A stretch of DNA of 64,000 nt from an uncultured Actinomycetes bacterium (GCA_963792245.1 CAWBVO010000028.1:3103-67102), one strand, 5' to 3'; shown: positions 40,926 to 51,834, numbered from the stretch's first letter. The notes: generated by a model not told the origin, from the letters alone. Numbers and translations are program-made.

Positions 40926-41468
40926 TCAGACGTCGAGGGCGCGGAGCGCCAGCGCGACGACCGTCACCCAGGACAGCACCTCGATCTCGCCGGCCGCCAG
41001 CGCCGCCTCGACCTCGTCGCGGGTGAGGAGCAGGAGCACCTGCTCCTCGAGGTCGTCGGCATCGGGCTCGGCGACCTTCCTCGCCCCTTGCGCGAGGAAG
41101 AGGTGCCCGACGCCGCAGCCGCGGTTCCCGTCCACGACGTAGCTCCCGAGCGTCGTCCAGTCGCGTGCCTCGTAGCCCGTCTCCTCGAGCAGCTCGCGCC
41201 GGGCGGCGGCGAGCGGCTCCTCGCCCTCGTCGATGTACCCGCCGACGGGGCCGAGGGTGGTGCCTCGCACCGCGTACTTCGTCTGGCGGAAGAGGAGGAA
41301 CGACCCGTCCTCGGTCACCGCCACGACGTTGACGAACGCGCGCGACTCGACCCACGGCCAGTCGTCGATCACCCGGCCGTCGGGCAGCTCGACCACGTGG
41401 CTCTCGACCGAGAGCCACGGACGCCGGTCGAGGATCGTCCGGCGCGAGAGCGTCTCCCACGGCCGCAT
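40926..41468 (-). CDS. NUDIX hydrolase (ADP-ribose pyrophosphatase-like)
   Basis: Nudix box GYIDEGEEPLAAARRELLEETG; ATG 41468. Confidence 0.88.
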   Translation of the reverse strand: MRPWETLSRRTILDRRPWLSVESHVVELPDGRVIDDWPWVESRAFVNVVAVTEDGSFLLFRQTKYAVRGTTLGPVGGYIDEGEEPLAAARRELLEETGYEARDWTTLGSYVVDGNRGCGVGHLFLAQGARKVAEPDADDLEEQVLLLLTRDEVEAALAAGEIEVLSWVTVVALALRALDV

Positions 41469-41473
41469 CCGGG

Positions 41474-42160
41474 TCAACCCTTCGCACGGCGCCGCGCGTG
41501 GGCGGCATGGAGGGCGATGGCGCCGGCCGCGGCCACGTTCAGCGACTCGGCGCCACCCGGCAGCTCGATCGTGACCCTGGGGCAGTCTGCTGCGAGCTCG
41601 TCCGGCAGGCCCTCGCGCTCTGCACCCAGGAGGAAGGTCAGCGGCACCGCGAGATCGACGTGTTCGAGCGGCTCGCCGCCGTGGGCGACGAGGGCCAGTC
41701 GCCGCCCGGGGAGGGCGTCCCAGTCGACCAGCGGGACGCGGAAGACGGCGCCCGCGGACGCGCGAAGCGCCTTCGGAGCGGTCGGGTCGGCGCCGCCCGC
41801 GGAGACGGCGACGCTCGCACCGAATGCGTCGGCCGTGCGCAGCAAGGTCCCGACGTTGCCCGGATCGGAGAGGCGCCAGAGCGCAAGGCACAGGTCCCGG
41901 GCTCCAGTCGGGAGATCAGCGCGACGGTAGACGGCGATCGAGCGCGCAGGATGCGGCAGCGTCGAGACGCGCGCGAGCAGCGCCTCGTCCACCGTCTCGC
42001 CCGCGACGAGCAGGTGGACGGGCTCGATCCCCGCCTCCCGGGCGGCCCCCACGAGATCCTCGCCCTCCGCGGCGAAGAGCCCCGTCGCCTCCCGGTGCTT
42101 GCGTTGCCCGAGCAGCTTGCCGACGAGCTTGAGCGTCTCGTTGTCACGTGACGTGATCAC
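41474..42160 (-). CDS. TrmH/SpoU RNA methyltransferase
   Basis: ITSRDN, DPGNVGTLLRTA, LLGAEREGL, ESLNVAAA. Confidence 0.88.
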   Translation of the reverse strand: MITSRDNETLKLVGKLLGQRKHREATGLFAAEGEDLVGAAREAGIEPVHLLVAGETVDEALLARVSTLPHPARSIAVYRRADLPTGARDLCLALWRLSDPGNVGTLLRTADAFGASVAVSAGGADPTAPKALRASAGAVFRVPLVDWDALPGRRLALVAHGGEPLEHVDLAVPLTFLLGAEREGLPDELAADCPRVTIELPGGAESLNVAAAGAIALHAAHARRRAKG

Positions 42161-43185
42161 GGCGGCAGGCACCAGTCGAGCCAGTTGCCGTGGAAGTCGA
42201 GCCGCGCCGCGAGGCGCGCCGATCCGGGCCAGACGCGGAGCTCGAGCTCGTAGTGCTCGAGCAGCAACTCGTGGGCGTCCGGCGCCCCCTCGCGCTCGTC
42301 GCGGCGCCGGGTCGAGACCCAGGCAAGCGGTCGTCCGTCTGCGCCGGCCTCGTCCAGCGTCCGGCGCAGCCGCGCGGCCGCCTCGGGCGGGAGGTAGCCC
42401 GTCGAGGCGGTCTGGAAGACGAGGGTCACCGCGTCCTCCGGCCGCGCGGCGAGCACGGCCGGGAGCAGCTCGACGTAGTCGCCGGCGATCAGCTCGGGCC
42501 GGTCGGGCGCCTCGCGCAGCGTCTCGACCGCGGCGTCGAGCCGGCGCACGCGATCCTCGCGCCCGGGCCAGACGAAGCTCCGCAAGACGAGGTAGCCGTC
42601 TTCCGTCGTCGCGTCGATCGGCGCGAGGTCGATCCCGCGCCGGCGACGGATGTCGAGCGGTCGCTCGAGGAGCGCCGCCGGGACCCTCCCGTCGCGCTCG
42701 ACGCCCGCCAACTCGAGCCTCGCCGCGTCCGGGCCCCACGTGCCGTCTGCGTATCGGTAGCGGTAGCGGTCGGCGAGGAGATTGAGCCCGGCGCTCGGTC
42801 CGAGCTCGACGAGCTCGATCGGCAGGGCTGTCTCCGCGGCGACCGTGAGGAACGCCGGCAGCAGCGCGACGCAGCGCTGCACCTCGTTCGTCTGGACGCC
42901 GTGCTCGCGGGCGCGGGCCCGGAGCGCGTCGGCGTGGGCCGCGAGGGCGCCCGCGAACGTGTCCCACTCGCCGGTCAGCGCGTCAGGCGCGACCCCCGAC
43001 AGGACGAGGTAGTGCACCGCGCCGAACAGCCGGAGCGCCGCGTCCCAGCCCTCGTCGTCACCGAGGATCGTGTCGGCCGGGGACGGGTCCTGCGCGAGGC
43101 GCTCGGCCAGCCGGGCGTAGATCGGCGAGCCGAGCTCCTCGAAGTCCTCCGCCTGCCGGCGGAACGTGTCCGCGAGGCCGTTCAG
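42157..43185 (-). CDS. DUF2332 family protein (likely CTG start overlapping the rplT stop)
   Basis: TFRRQA...[42 protein letters not shown]; the frame is open from CTG 43185. Confidence 0.8.
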   Translation of the reverse strand: MNGLADTFRRQAEDFEELGSPIYARLAERLAQDPSPADTILGDDEGWDAALRLFGAVHYLVLSGVAPDALTGEWDTFAGALAAHADALRARAREHGVQTNEVQRCVALLPAFLTVAAETALPIELVELGPSAGLNLLADRYRYRYADGTWGPDAARLELAGVERDGRVPAALLERPLDIRRRRGIDLAPIDATTEDGYLVLRSFVWPGREDRVRRLDAAVETLREAPDRPELIAGDYVELLPAVLAARPEDAVTLVFQTASTGYLPPEAAARLRRTLDEAGADGRPLAWVSTRRRDEREGAPDAHELLLEHYELELRVWPGSARLAARLDFHGNWLDWCLPP

Positions 43186-43562
43186 GCCGCCTTGGCGTCG
43201 CCGTCGGTGGCGAGCGCGGCCTTGGCCTTCTCGGCGACCGCCGTGAACGCGGCCGGATCGACGACGGCGAGGTCGGCGAGCGACTTCCGGTCGAGCTCGA
43301 TCCCCGCCTTGTGGACGCCGTTCATGAACTGGTTGTACGACAGGCCGTTCGCGCGGGCCGCCGCGTTGATGCGGACGATCCAGAGCGAGCGGAAGTTCCG
43401 CTTCTTGTTACGCCGGTCGCGGTAGGCGTAGACGAGCGAATGCTCGACCTGCTCCTTCGCGTACCGGTAGTGCGTGCTCTTGCGACCGTAGTAGCCCTTG
43501 GCCTGCTCGAGCACCTTGCGGCGCTTCTTGCGGGCGTGGACGGAGCGCTTGACTCGGGCCAT
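43182..43562 (-). CDS. rplT: 50S ribosomal protein L20
   Basis: [38 protein letters not shown]. Confidence 0.98.
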   Translation of the reverse strand: MARVKRSVHARKKRRKVLEQAKGYYGRKSTHYRYAKEQVEHSLVYAYRDRRNKKRNFRSLWIVRINAAARANGLSYNQFMNGVHKAGIELDRKSLADLAVVDPAAFTAVAEKAKAALATDGDAKAA

Positions 43563-43564
43563 CG

Positions 43565-43762
43565 CTACTTCATCCCCAGGAGCTTCTTCACGCGCTTGAC
43601 GTCCACGCCGGCGACGGGCTGCGCCTTGCCGAAGTCGCGCTTACGCTTCGACGACTTCTTCGTGAGGTTGTGGCTCTGCATCGCGTGACGGCGCTGCAGC
43701 TTCCCCGTCGCGCTCACCTTGAAGCGCTTCTTCGCTCCGCTCCCTGTCTTCACCTTCGGCAT
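43565..43762 (-). CDS. rpmI: 50S ribosomal protein L35
   Basis: [20 protein letters not shown]. Confidence 0.96.
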   Translation of the reverse strand: MPKVKTGSGAKKRFKVSATGKLQRRHAMQSHNLTKKSSKRKRDFGKAQPVAGVDVKRVKKLLGMK

Positions 43763-44327
43763 GTCGTGTCACTCCTGCGTTCTTCGTGGGCCCGAGCACC
43801 ATCACCATGTTCCGGCCGTCGATCGTGGGTTGCTGCTCGACCTGCCCGAGCTCCTTGACGTCCTCGGCGAGGCGGTCGAGGAGCATCCGACCCCGCTCCG
43901 GATGGAGGTTCTCCCGCCCCCGGAACATGATCGTGACCTTGACCTTCGCCCGCTGGTTCAGGAACCGGACGACATGGCCCTTCTTGGTCTCGTAGTCGTG
44001 GTCGCCGATCTTCGGTCGGAGCTTGATCTCCTTGATGTTGATCGTCGACTGGTGCTTCCGCGCCTGCTTTGCGCGCTGCTCCTGCTCGTAGCGCCACTTG
44101 CCGTAGTCCATGACGCGCGCCACGGGCGGGTCGGCCTCTTTCGCCACCTCGACGAGATCGAGATTCTTCGAGTACGCGTACTCGAGCGCCTCTTTCGTGT
44201 CCTTGATCCCGATCTGCTCCCCGTCCTCGCCGACGAGCCGCACCCGCGGTACGCGGATCTGCTCGTTGATCCGATCCTGCTGGACGACGGGACGCGTCCG
44301 GTCCTCGGGACGACGCCGTGGTCTCAA
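43641..44327 (-). CDS. infC: translation initiation factor IF-3 (probably ends at TGA 43769; start non-canonical)
   Basis: [51 protein letters not shown]. Confidence 0.95.
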   Translation of the reverse strand: MRPRRRPEDRTRPVVQQDRINEQIRVPRVRLVGEDGEQIGIKDTKEALEYAYSKNLDLVEVAKEADPPVARVMDYGKWRYEQEQRAKQARKHQSTINIKEIKLRPKIGDHDYETKKGHVVRFLNQRAKVKVTIMFRGRENLHPERGRMLLDRLAEDVKELGQVEQQPTIDGRNMVMVLGPTKNAGVTRHAEGEDRERSEEALQGERDGEAAAPSRDAEPQPHEEVVEA

Positions 44328-44344
44328 AGGCAGTTCACCAAGTC

Positions 44345-44478
44345 GAGTCGATCCTCCTCATTCCGTGGAAACGCCGTTGCATGCAGCGGCGGCATTCCCT
44401 CGTCGGTTTCGACTCGGTTGAACCCCGCGCGGCCCGTGGCCGGCGAGGTGAGGGGCGATGCCGCTCCTGCTTGCAGGT
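44345..44478 (-). promoter_or_regulatory. L20-leader-like structured 5' UTR of infC-rpmI-rplT
   Basis: GCAGGAGCGGCATCGCCCCTCACC (44470-44447) can pair with GAGGGAATGCCGCCGCTGC (44401-44383); promoter TTGCGA-16-TACCCT lies just upstream. Confidence 0.6.
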
Positions 44479-44514
44479 CTCGGAGGGTAGCAGCAGTGCT
44501 CTCGTTCGCAAGGG

Positions 44515-46420
44515 CTACCACGCCGGCGCTTGGTCTCGAATCTCCTCGACGAGCCCGTCGATCGACAGCGTCTCGATGCCCTCGCCACCCCTTCGTCTGA
44601 CGGCCATCGCCTCGCGGGTCTCGCGGTCGCCCCACACGACGACGTACGGGATCTTCTGCAGCTCCGCCTCGCGGATCCGCTTGCCGAGCGTCTCGTCGCG
44701 CTCGTCCGCGTCCGCTCGGACGCCCGCGGCGCCGAACGCGGCGACGAGTTCCTCGACCGCGCTCGCGGTGGACCTCCGCGACGGGGAGGACGCGCGCCTG
44801 GACCGGCGCGAGCCACGCCGGGAACGCTCCGCCGTAGTGCTCGATCAGGATCCCCATGAACCGCTCGAGCGAGCCGAGCAGCGCACGATGGACGACGTAC
44901 GGCGTGTGCTCGTGGTTGTCCGCGCCCATGTAGGTCAGCGCGAACTGCTTCGGCATCTGCGCATCGAGCTGGATCGTCCCCATCTGCCACGAGCGGCCCA
45001 GCACGTCGAGCATGTGGAGGTCGATCTTCGGCCCGTAGAACGCCCCGTCGCCCTCGTTCACCGTGTACGCGATCTCGCGCCGCTCGAGGGCGGAGCGCAG
45101 CGCGCCCTCGGTGAAGTCCCACTCCTCGTCAGTCCCGAGCTTGTCGTCGGGCCGCGTGGACAGCTCGAACCGCGCCTCCATCCCGAACAGGTCGTAGAGG
45201 AACGCCGCGAAGTCGAGGCATCCGAAGATCTCGTCCTCGATCTGCTCGCGCGCGCAGAAGATGTGGGCGTCGTCCTGGGTGACGTGCCGAACGCGGAGAA
45301 GCCCGTGGAGCGTCCCGGTGGGCTCGTTGCGGTGGAGTGTCGAAGACTCGGCGTAGCGAAGCGGCAGGTCACGGTAGCTCCGCAGCTGGTTGCCGAACAA
45401 CAGCATGTGCCCCGGGCAGTTCATCGGCTTGAGGCCGGCATGCGGCTCCTCGCCCTCTCCGGCAACGAGGAACATCTCGCCGCGGAACTTCGCCCAGTGA
45501 CCGGACGTCTCCCACACCGACTTGTCGTAGATCAACGGCGTCTTCACCTCGAGATAGCCGCGGCGGGCGTTCTCGCTGCGGCGCAGATCCTCGAGGACGT
45601 TCCACAGGGTCATCCCTTTCGGGTGCCAGAACGGCGAGCCGGGCGAGGCGTCCTGGAGATGGAACAGGTCGAGCTGCGGGCCGATGCGGCGATGATCCCG
45701 CGCGCGCGCCTGCTCGAGCCGCTCGAGGTACGCGTCCAGATCGGCCTTCGAGTAGAAGGCGGTGCCGTAGATCCGCGTCAGCTGCGTGTTCTTCTCGTCG
45801 CCGCGCCAGTAGGCGCCGGCGAGGCCGGTGAGCTTGAAGGCCTTGATCGGCGACGAGTCCTGCAGGTGCGGGCCGCGGCAGAGGTCGGTGAAGTCGCCCT
45901 GCGTGTAGAGCGTGATATCGCCCTCGGCCGTGTCCACGAGCTCGACCTTGTATGGCTCGCCCTCGGCCGCGAAGCGGGCGCGCGCCTCGTCGCGGGTCGT
46001 CTCCGTGCGCTCCCACGAGCGGCCCTCGTCCAGCTCGCGCTGCACCTCTGCCTCGATCGCCGCGAGGTCCTCCTCGCGGATCGGCTCGGGAAACTCGAAG
46101 TCGTAGTAGAACCCGTTCTCGATCGGCGGGCCGATCGCGACCTTCACGCCCGGGTGAAGCCGGCGGACGGCCTCGGCGAGAAGATGCGCGGCGGAGTGGC
46201 GCAGGACGGAGAGCGCGTCCTGGTCGTCGTGGTCGCGCGTCGTGAGGAGCTCGAGCGAGGCGCCGTCGGGCAGCGGCTGCCGGAGATCGCGCGCCTCGCC
46301 GTCGACCCGCGCGAGCACCGCCTGCTCGGCGAGCCTCGGCCCGATCGCGCGGGCCGCATCGAGCGCGCTCGCGCCCTCCGGGAGCTCGAGCGCGCTCCCG
46401 TCGGGGAGCGTCACGTTCAC
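44515..46420 (-). CDS. thrS: threonine--tRNA ligase (+1 frameshift near 44755)
   Basis: TGS domain, RHSAAHLLAEA, DLCRGPH, RDHRRIG, LKPMNCPGH, AFYGPKID; the anticodon-binding domain (LGKRIREAELQKIPY) is in the next frame and ends at TAG 44515. Confidence 0.96.
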
Positions 46421-46451
46421 GTCACGCGAGGATAGTCGCGGGACGAAGGCC

Positions 46452-47054
46452 CTACTCGTCCTCCCGTTCGTGCTCCGCGTGCTCGAGCGGGCCGTGGTCG
46501 CGCTCGAAGGCGTTCATCAGGCGGCGCAGGAGCTCGTCGAGCTGGCGCCGCTCCTTCTCGCCGAGGGCGGTCGCGACGATCGACTCCTTCTCGGCCTGCG
46601 CGGCGACCGCCTTGTCCCAGACCCGCTTCCCTTCCTCGGTCAGCTCGACGATCACCCCGCGGCGGTCGTCGGGGTCGTCGAGCCGACGGATCAGCCCCCG
46701 CCGCTCCATGGTGTCCAGGCGGTTCGTCACGGCACCGGTCGAGAGATCGAGCCACTTGGCGAGCTTGCCCGGCTTGCCGCGGTACGGCGGGCCGCCGTAC
46801 CGGAGCGACATCATCAGCTTGTAGTCGCCGGTGCTCAGCTCGTAGTCGTCGAGCGTCTCGCGCATCGTCGCGTTGAGGTGATGGTCGAGCTTGGCAATCC
46901 GCTGGACGATCCCCTCGGTGACGAGGTCGAGGTCGGGAAGCTCGCGTGCCCACACCTCGAGGTTGGCATCGACCCGGTCGGGCTCGCTCGCGGTCGGCTC
47001 CCGGGTCACGGCCGGATTCTCCATATCGAGATTCTTGACGTCAAGGTTCTTCAT
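46452..47054 (-). CDS. MarR-family regulator, UrtR/TamR/PecS-like (alternative start 47024)
   Basis: N-terminal helix VDANLEVWARELPDLD, LR..GPPY, TGAVTNRLD..E.RGLIRR..DP.DRRG..VELT. Confidence 0.9.
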   Translation of the reverse strand: MKNLDVKNLDMENPAVTREPTASEPDRVDANLEVWARELPDLDLVTEGIVQRIAKLDHHLNATMRETLDDYELSTGDYKLMMSLRYGGPPYRGKPGKLAKWLDLSTGAVTNRLDTMERRGLIRRLDDPDDRRGVIVELTEEGKRVWDKAVAAQAEKESIVATALGEKERRQLDELLRRLMNAFERDHGPLEHAEHEREDE

Positions 47055-47091
47055 GGTGTAGCTTCAGTCGAAGTAGTTCGATGTAAAGATA
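47016..47091. promoter_or_regulatory. four 18-bp MarR-type operator-like palindromes in two overlapping pairs
   Basis: 47016 ATTCTCCATATCGAGATT, 47031 ATTCTTGACGTCAAGGTT, 47059 TAGCTTCAGTCGAAGTAG, 47074 TAGTTCGATGTAAAGATA; each pair is offset by 15 bp. Confidence 0.6.
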
Positions 47092-47114
47092 CTCCACGGA
47101 GAGGAGAACGCGCG

Positions 47115-47543
47115 ATGCTCGAGCCACATGCACCCGAGATCCACCGGGAGCTGGCAGCCGACCGCGTCGCCGCGCTCCGCGAAGCGGCGCGGGGGTCAAG
47201 CCCCGGCCCGGTTCGTCGGGCGATCGGGAACGTCGTCGTCCGGCTCGGTGTGCTCCTGGGAGGCGATCGCACCGTCTCCCCGGCCGCACGGCGCGAGTCG
47301 TATCCGGAGGCCCTCGCGTCCGCGGGGGTCTCCAGCCTCCCCTCCCCCTGGGCCCCGGCCGGCCCTCCCGCGGGCACCGCGTTCGTCACCGAAGAGGATC
47401 TTGCGTGGGAGCGAGCGGCCCCGTACGGCCCCCGCGTCGCCACGGAGCTCAGCCGAAGGCGATCACGCTCCGGATTCCGTCCTGCTGCTCCATCAGCTCG
47501 AACCCGCGGTTCACGTCGTCGAGACCGATTCGATGCGAGATGA
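47115..47543 (+). CDS. hypothetical protein divergent from the MarR gene (3' end uncertain)
   Basis: GAGGAG RBS plus ATG; N-terminus MLEPHAPEIHRELAADRVAALREAA...RRAIGNVVVRLG is protein-like; the tail overlaps the adh 3' end. Confidence 0.5.
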   Translation: MLEPHAPEIHRELAADRVAALREAARGSSPGPVRRAIGNVVVRLGVLLGGDRTVSPAARRESYPEALASAGVSSLPSPWAPAGPPAGTAFVTEEDLAWERAAPYGPRVATELSRRRSRSGFRPAAPSARTRGSRRRDRFDAR

Positions 47544-48555
47544 GCGCCTCGACGTCGAACTCGCCTGCAAGCCAGCGGTCGACGAGCTGCGGTACCTGCG
47601 TCCGCCCTTTTACGCCCCCGAAGGACGAGCCCGCGACCCGCCGGCCCGTGATGAGGAACCGCGGGACGATGTCGAGCGTCTCGCCCCTGCCCGCGACGCC
47701 GCACATCGTCGCCAGCCCCCAGGCCTCACGCGCCGCCTCGACCGCCTGGCGCATGACCCGCACGTTGCCGGTCGCCTCGAACGTGTAGTCGGCGCCGAAG
47801 CCGCCGGTCTCCTCCCTGACCCAGTCGACGGTGTCGTCCCCGGCGAGACGCGTGTCGGTCGCCCCGTGGCGCAGGGCCTCCGCGAGGCGCTCCTCCGACA
47901 GGTCGACGGCCACGATCCGCTCGGCCCCCGCGAGACGCGAACCGATCACGGCGCCGAGGCCGACGAGCCCGCAGCCGAAGACGACGCACGTCGATCCGGG
48001 CTCGACGTGCGCGGTGTACAACGCGGCGCCGATCCCGGTGGAGAGCCCGCAGGCGAACGGCGCGCATCCCTCGAGCGGCGCCTCCGGGCTCACCTTCGCC
48101 AGCGCGATCTCGGGCATGACGGTGAACTCGGCGAAGGTCGACGTCCCCATGAAGTGACGCAGCTCCGCGCCGTCCCGCGAGAGACGCGTCGTGCCGTCGG
48201 GCAGGTAGCCCAGGTTCTGCTGATCGCGGATCGCGACGCATCGATTCGTCCGCCCGCTCCGGCAGTGGACGCAGACGCCGCACTCGGGCGCGAACAAGGT
48301 GATCACATGGTCGCCGGGTCGGACGAGCGTGACCCCCTCCCCCACGCGCTCGACCACACCGGCCCCCTCGTGGCCGAGGACGCACGGGGCATACCCGCTC
48401 GGGTCCGCGCCGGATGCGGTGTAGAGGTCGGTGTGGCAGACGCCGCAGGCTGCGAGCCGGACGAGCACCTCGCCGGCCCTCGGCTCCGCCAGCTCGATCT
48501 CCTGGACGGCGAGCGGCTGCCCGAACTCCTCGAGCACGGCGGCACGGATCCTCAC
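47449..48555 (-). CDS. Zn-dependent alcohol dehydrogenase, class III/formaldehyde dehydrogenase-like
   Basis: CHTDLYTASGADP, GHEGAG, CGVCVHC..GRTNRC, HFMGTSTF, GCGLVG. Confidence 0.88.
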   Translation of the reverse strand: MRIRAAVLEEFGQPLAVQEIELAEPRAGEVLVRLAACGVCHTDLYTASGADPSGYAPCVLGHEGAGVVERVGEGVTLVRPGDHVITLFAPECGVCVHCRSGRTNRCVAIRDQQNLGYLPDGTTRLSRDGAELRHFMGTSTFAEFTVMPEIALAKVSPEAPLEGCAPFACGLSTGIGAALYTAHVEPGSTCVVFGCGLVGLGAVIGSRLAGAERIVAVDLSEERLAEALRHGATDTRLAGDDTVDWVREETGGFGADYTFEATGNVRVMRQAVEAAREAWGLATMCGVAGRGETLDIVPRFLITGRRVAGSSFGGVKGRTQVPQLVDRWLAGEFDVEALISHRIGLDDVNRGFELMEQQDGIRSVIAFG

Positions 48556-48644
48556 GATGGGACGATCCTATGCCGCTCCCTTGACGGGCGGCACGTGGTG
48601 CTGTCCAATCGCATTCGAGTGACGATTGCCCGACCCCGCCTCGC

Positions 48645-49477
<833 letters not shown>

Positions 49478-49481
<4 letters not shown>

Positions 49482-50401
49482 GAAGGATCATCCTGGCAAC
49501 GGCGGGGGTCGCCGTTCTTGCGTTCGTCGCTGCGACACTCGGGTCGGCCCAGACCACGGCCCCGAGCGGACCGACGGCGAGCGTGGCAAAGGCGCCCGTG
49601 CTACCGAAGCTGCCCGCGGACATTGCGAGCCGCAAGCGGCTCATCGTGGGCGTCAAGTGCGACACGCCGCCGTTCGGCTACCTCGACGTTCGCGGCAAGA
49701 ACGCAGGCGTGGACGTCGAGATCGCGAAGCAGTTCGCCCGCTACGCCTTCGGAACCGCCCAGCGGCTCACGTTCGTCTGTGCGCCGACCGCGGTGCGCGA
49801 GCCACTCCTGACGAGCGGCCGCGTCGATCTCGTGATCTCGACGTTCACGTACACCGCCGACCGCGACACGAGGATCGACTTCTCGCGGCCGTACTACAAC
49901 GCGACCGGCCGGCTGCTCGTGAAGAACGACTCGCCGATCAAGTCGCTCGCGGACATCCGCGGCAAGAAGGTGGCCACGACCAGCGGCTCGATCTACGACC
50001 GGTGGATGAAGAGGTGCTTCACCGGGACCGAGGTCGTGGTGGTGGACAGCGTCACGAACGCCGTCCTCGCGTTCAACCAGGGTCGCGCCGACGCGGTCAT
50101 GTTCGACGACACGTCGCTCGCACTCATCGCGGCCACGAACCCGGCCGCAAAGCTCACGGACGACCTGTTCCTGGAACTGCCGTACGGGATCGGGATCAAG
50201 CAGGGCAACGTCGAGCTCAAGCGCTGGGTCGACGCCCGCCTCAACCTGATGAAGAAGAAGGACCTCTTCGTCCCGATCATCAGGAACAACATCGCGCCGC
50301 GTTTCGTGCCGGCGTTCTCGAAGAACGTCCTGCGACCGAACAACGACTTCCAGTACGCGTCGCCGACGGCTCCGAGCGTCGACACGGTGTGCCCGTCGTA
50401 G
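49478..50401 (+). CDS. polar amino-acid ABC substrate-binding protein
   Basis: [53 protein letters not shown]. Confidence 0.92.
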
Positions 50402-50417
50402 CCTGACCGCGGTTCCG

Positions 50418-50448
50418 AGGAGGGCGGTCGCATGCCGACCGCCCTCCT
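50418..50448 (+). promoter_or_regulatory. perfect 13-bp intercistronic hairpin after the SBP gene
   Basis: AGGAGGGCGGTCG-CATGC-CGACCGCCCTCCT. Confidence 0.7.
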
Positions 50449-50458
50449 TCGTCTCTCC

Positions 50459-51136
50459 ATGGATCTCGTCGCCGCATACGACCTCTGGGCCTTCGTGTCG
50501 GAGAACTGGCGCGAGCTCCTCGACGCGCTCCTCAACACGCTCAAGGTCTCCCTCATCGCGATCGCGGGCGCATTCGCGATCGGGCTCGTGCTGGGCGCCG
50601 CGCGCGCGCATCGCATTCCGGTCGTCAGCCAGGTGACCGCCGTCTACGTCGAGATCATCCGCAACACCCCGATCCTGGTGCAGATCTTCATGCTCTTCTT
50701 CGCGCTGCCGCAGGTGGGGATCCGCCTCGACGCGTTCACCACCGCCTGGCTCTCCGTGATGCTGTGGGGCGGCGCGTTCAACAGCGAGAACTTCCGCGCG
50801 GGGTTCGAGGCGGTGCCCGAGCGCTACCGCGAGGCAGGCCTGGCGCTCGGCTTCGGCCGTTTCGCCACGTTTCTCAACGTGACGCTTCCGATCGGCGGAC
50901 GCATCTCGCTGCCGTCGTCGATCAACACGTACATCTCCGTCGTGAAGAACACGTCGCTCATGTACGTGATCGGCTACCCGGAGCTGACGACGACGGCGAT
51001 CAACATCGCCAACCTGACGCTCGAGACGCTCGAGGCGCTCACCGTCCTCGGCATCGTCTACCTGACGCTCGTCTGGGGACTCTCGGCCTCGATCCGACTG
51101 CTCGAGTCCCGGCTCGCGCTACCGGAGGAGCGCTAG
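50459..51136 (+). CDS. amino-acid ABC permease (alternative start 50432)
   Basis: YVEIIRNTPILVQ, EAA-like loop SENFRAGFEAV...REAGLALG, KNTSL. Confidence 0.92.
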   Translation: MDLVAAYDLWAFVSENWRELLDALLNTLKVSLIAIAGAFAIGLVLGAARAHRIPVVSQVTAVYVEIIRNTPILVQIFMLFFALPQVGIRLDAFTTAWLSVMLWGGAFNSENFRAGFEAVPERYREAGLALGFGRFATFLNVTLPIGGRISLPSSINTYISVVKNTSLMYVIGYPELTTTAINIANLTLETLEALTVLGIVYLTLVWGLSASIRLLESRLALPEER

Positions 51137-51138
51137 AG

Positions 51139-51816
51139 GTGCCCGCCTGGGCAGAGCCCGTCGTCCGCTACATCCTCGAGGTGGGGCTGCCCGCGACCCT
51201 CCGCGTCTCCGCGATCGCGGTCGTCGGGAGCACCGCCATCGGGATCGTGCTCGGAACGCTGTTGACGGTGCACAGCACGCTGCTGCGGGCGCCCATCCGC
51301 GCCTACCTCGAGGTGTTCCGCGGGCTGCCGATCCTCGTCACGGTCTTCATGGTGTACTTCGGCCTCCCGGCGATCAACAGCTCGCTCGAGTTCGGTCCTC
51401 TCACGGCGACGGCGATCGCGCTCATCCTCTGGGGCAGCGCGCAGGTCGCCGAGGCGACGCGGGGGGCTGTCCAGTCGATCCCGAGGGAGCAGCACGAGGC
51501 AGCCGCCGCGCTCGGCTTCGGGTGGGTCGGGCGTCACCGCTCGGTGATCCTCCCGCAGGCGCTGCGGAGGCTGCTTCCGCCGCTCGTCAATCTCCTCGTG
51601 AACATCATCCAGAACTCCACGCTGGCGGCGGTGATCGGCGGCATCGAGCTCCTCCAGGCAGGCAAGTCGCAGAGCGAGCGGCTGACGTTCTACCCGCCAG
51701 CCGGGATCGGCGAGATCCACGCGTTCGAGATCTTCGCCTTCATCGCGCTCGTGTTCTTCCTCATCTCCTTCCCGCTGACACGGCTCGCCGCGTACCTCGA
51801 GAAGCGGCTGGTCTGA
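51139..51816 (+). CDS. amino-acid ABC permease
   Basis: YLEVFRGLPILV, AEATRGAVQSIPREQHEAAAALG, QNSTL; GTG 51139. Confidence 0.92.
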   Translation: MPAWAEPVVRYILEVGLPATLRVSAIAVVGSTAIGIVLGTLLTVHSTLLRAPIRAYLEVFRGLPILVTVFMVYFGLPAINSSLEFGPLTATAIALILWGSAQVAEATRGAVQSIPREQHEAAAALGFGWVGRHRSVILPQALRRLLPPLVNLLVNIIQNSTLAAVIGGIELLQAGKSQSERLTFYPPAGIGEIHAFEIFAFIALVFFLISFPLTRLAAYLEKRLV

Positions 51817-51834
51817 GCGCCGCGGCGCTCGGCG

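Noticed and set aside
44324-44329. Second prfB-like +1 frameshift (CTT TGA) in front of infC
   Set aside because: A +1 shift does not enter the infC frame; infC is reached through the overlapping TTG instead.
33479-46420. pheT and thrS as true pseudogenes
   Set aside because: Both are essential genes, intact on either side of a single extra base; an assembly indel is more likely.
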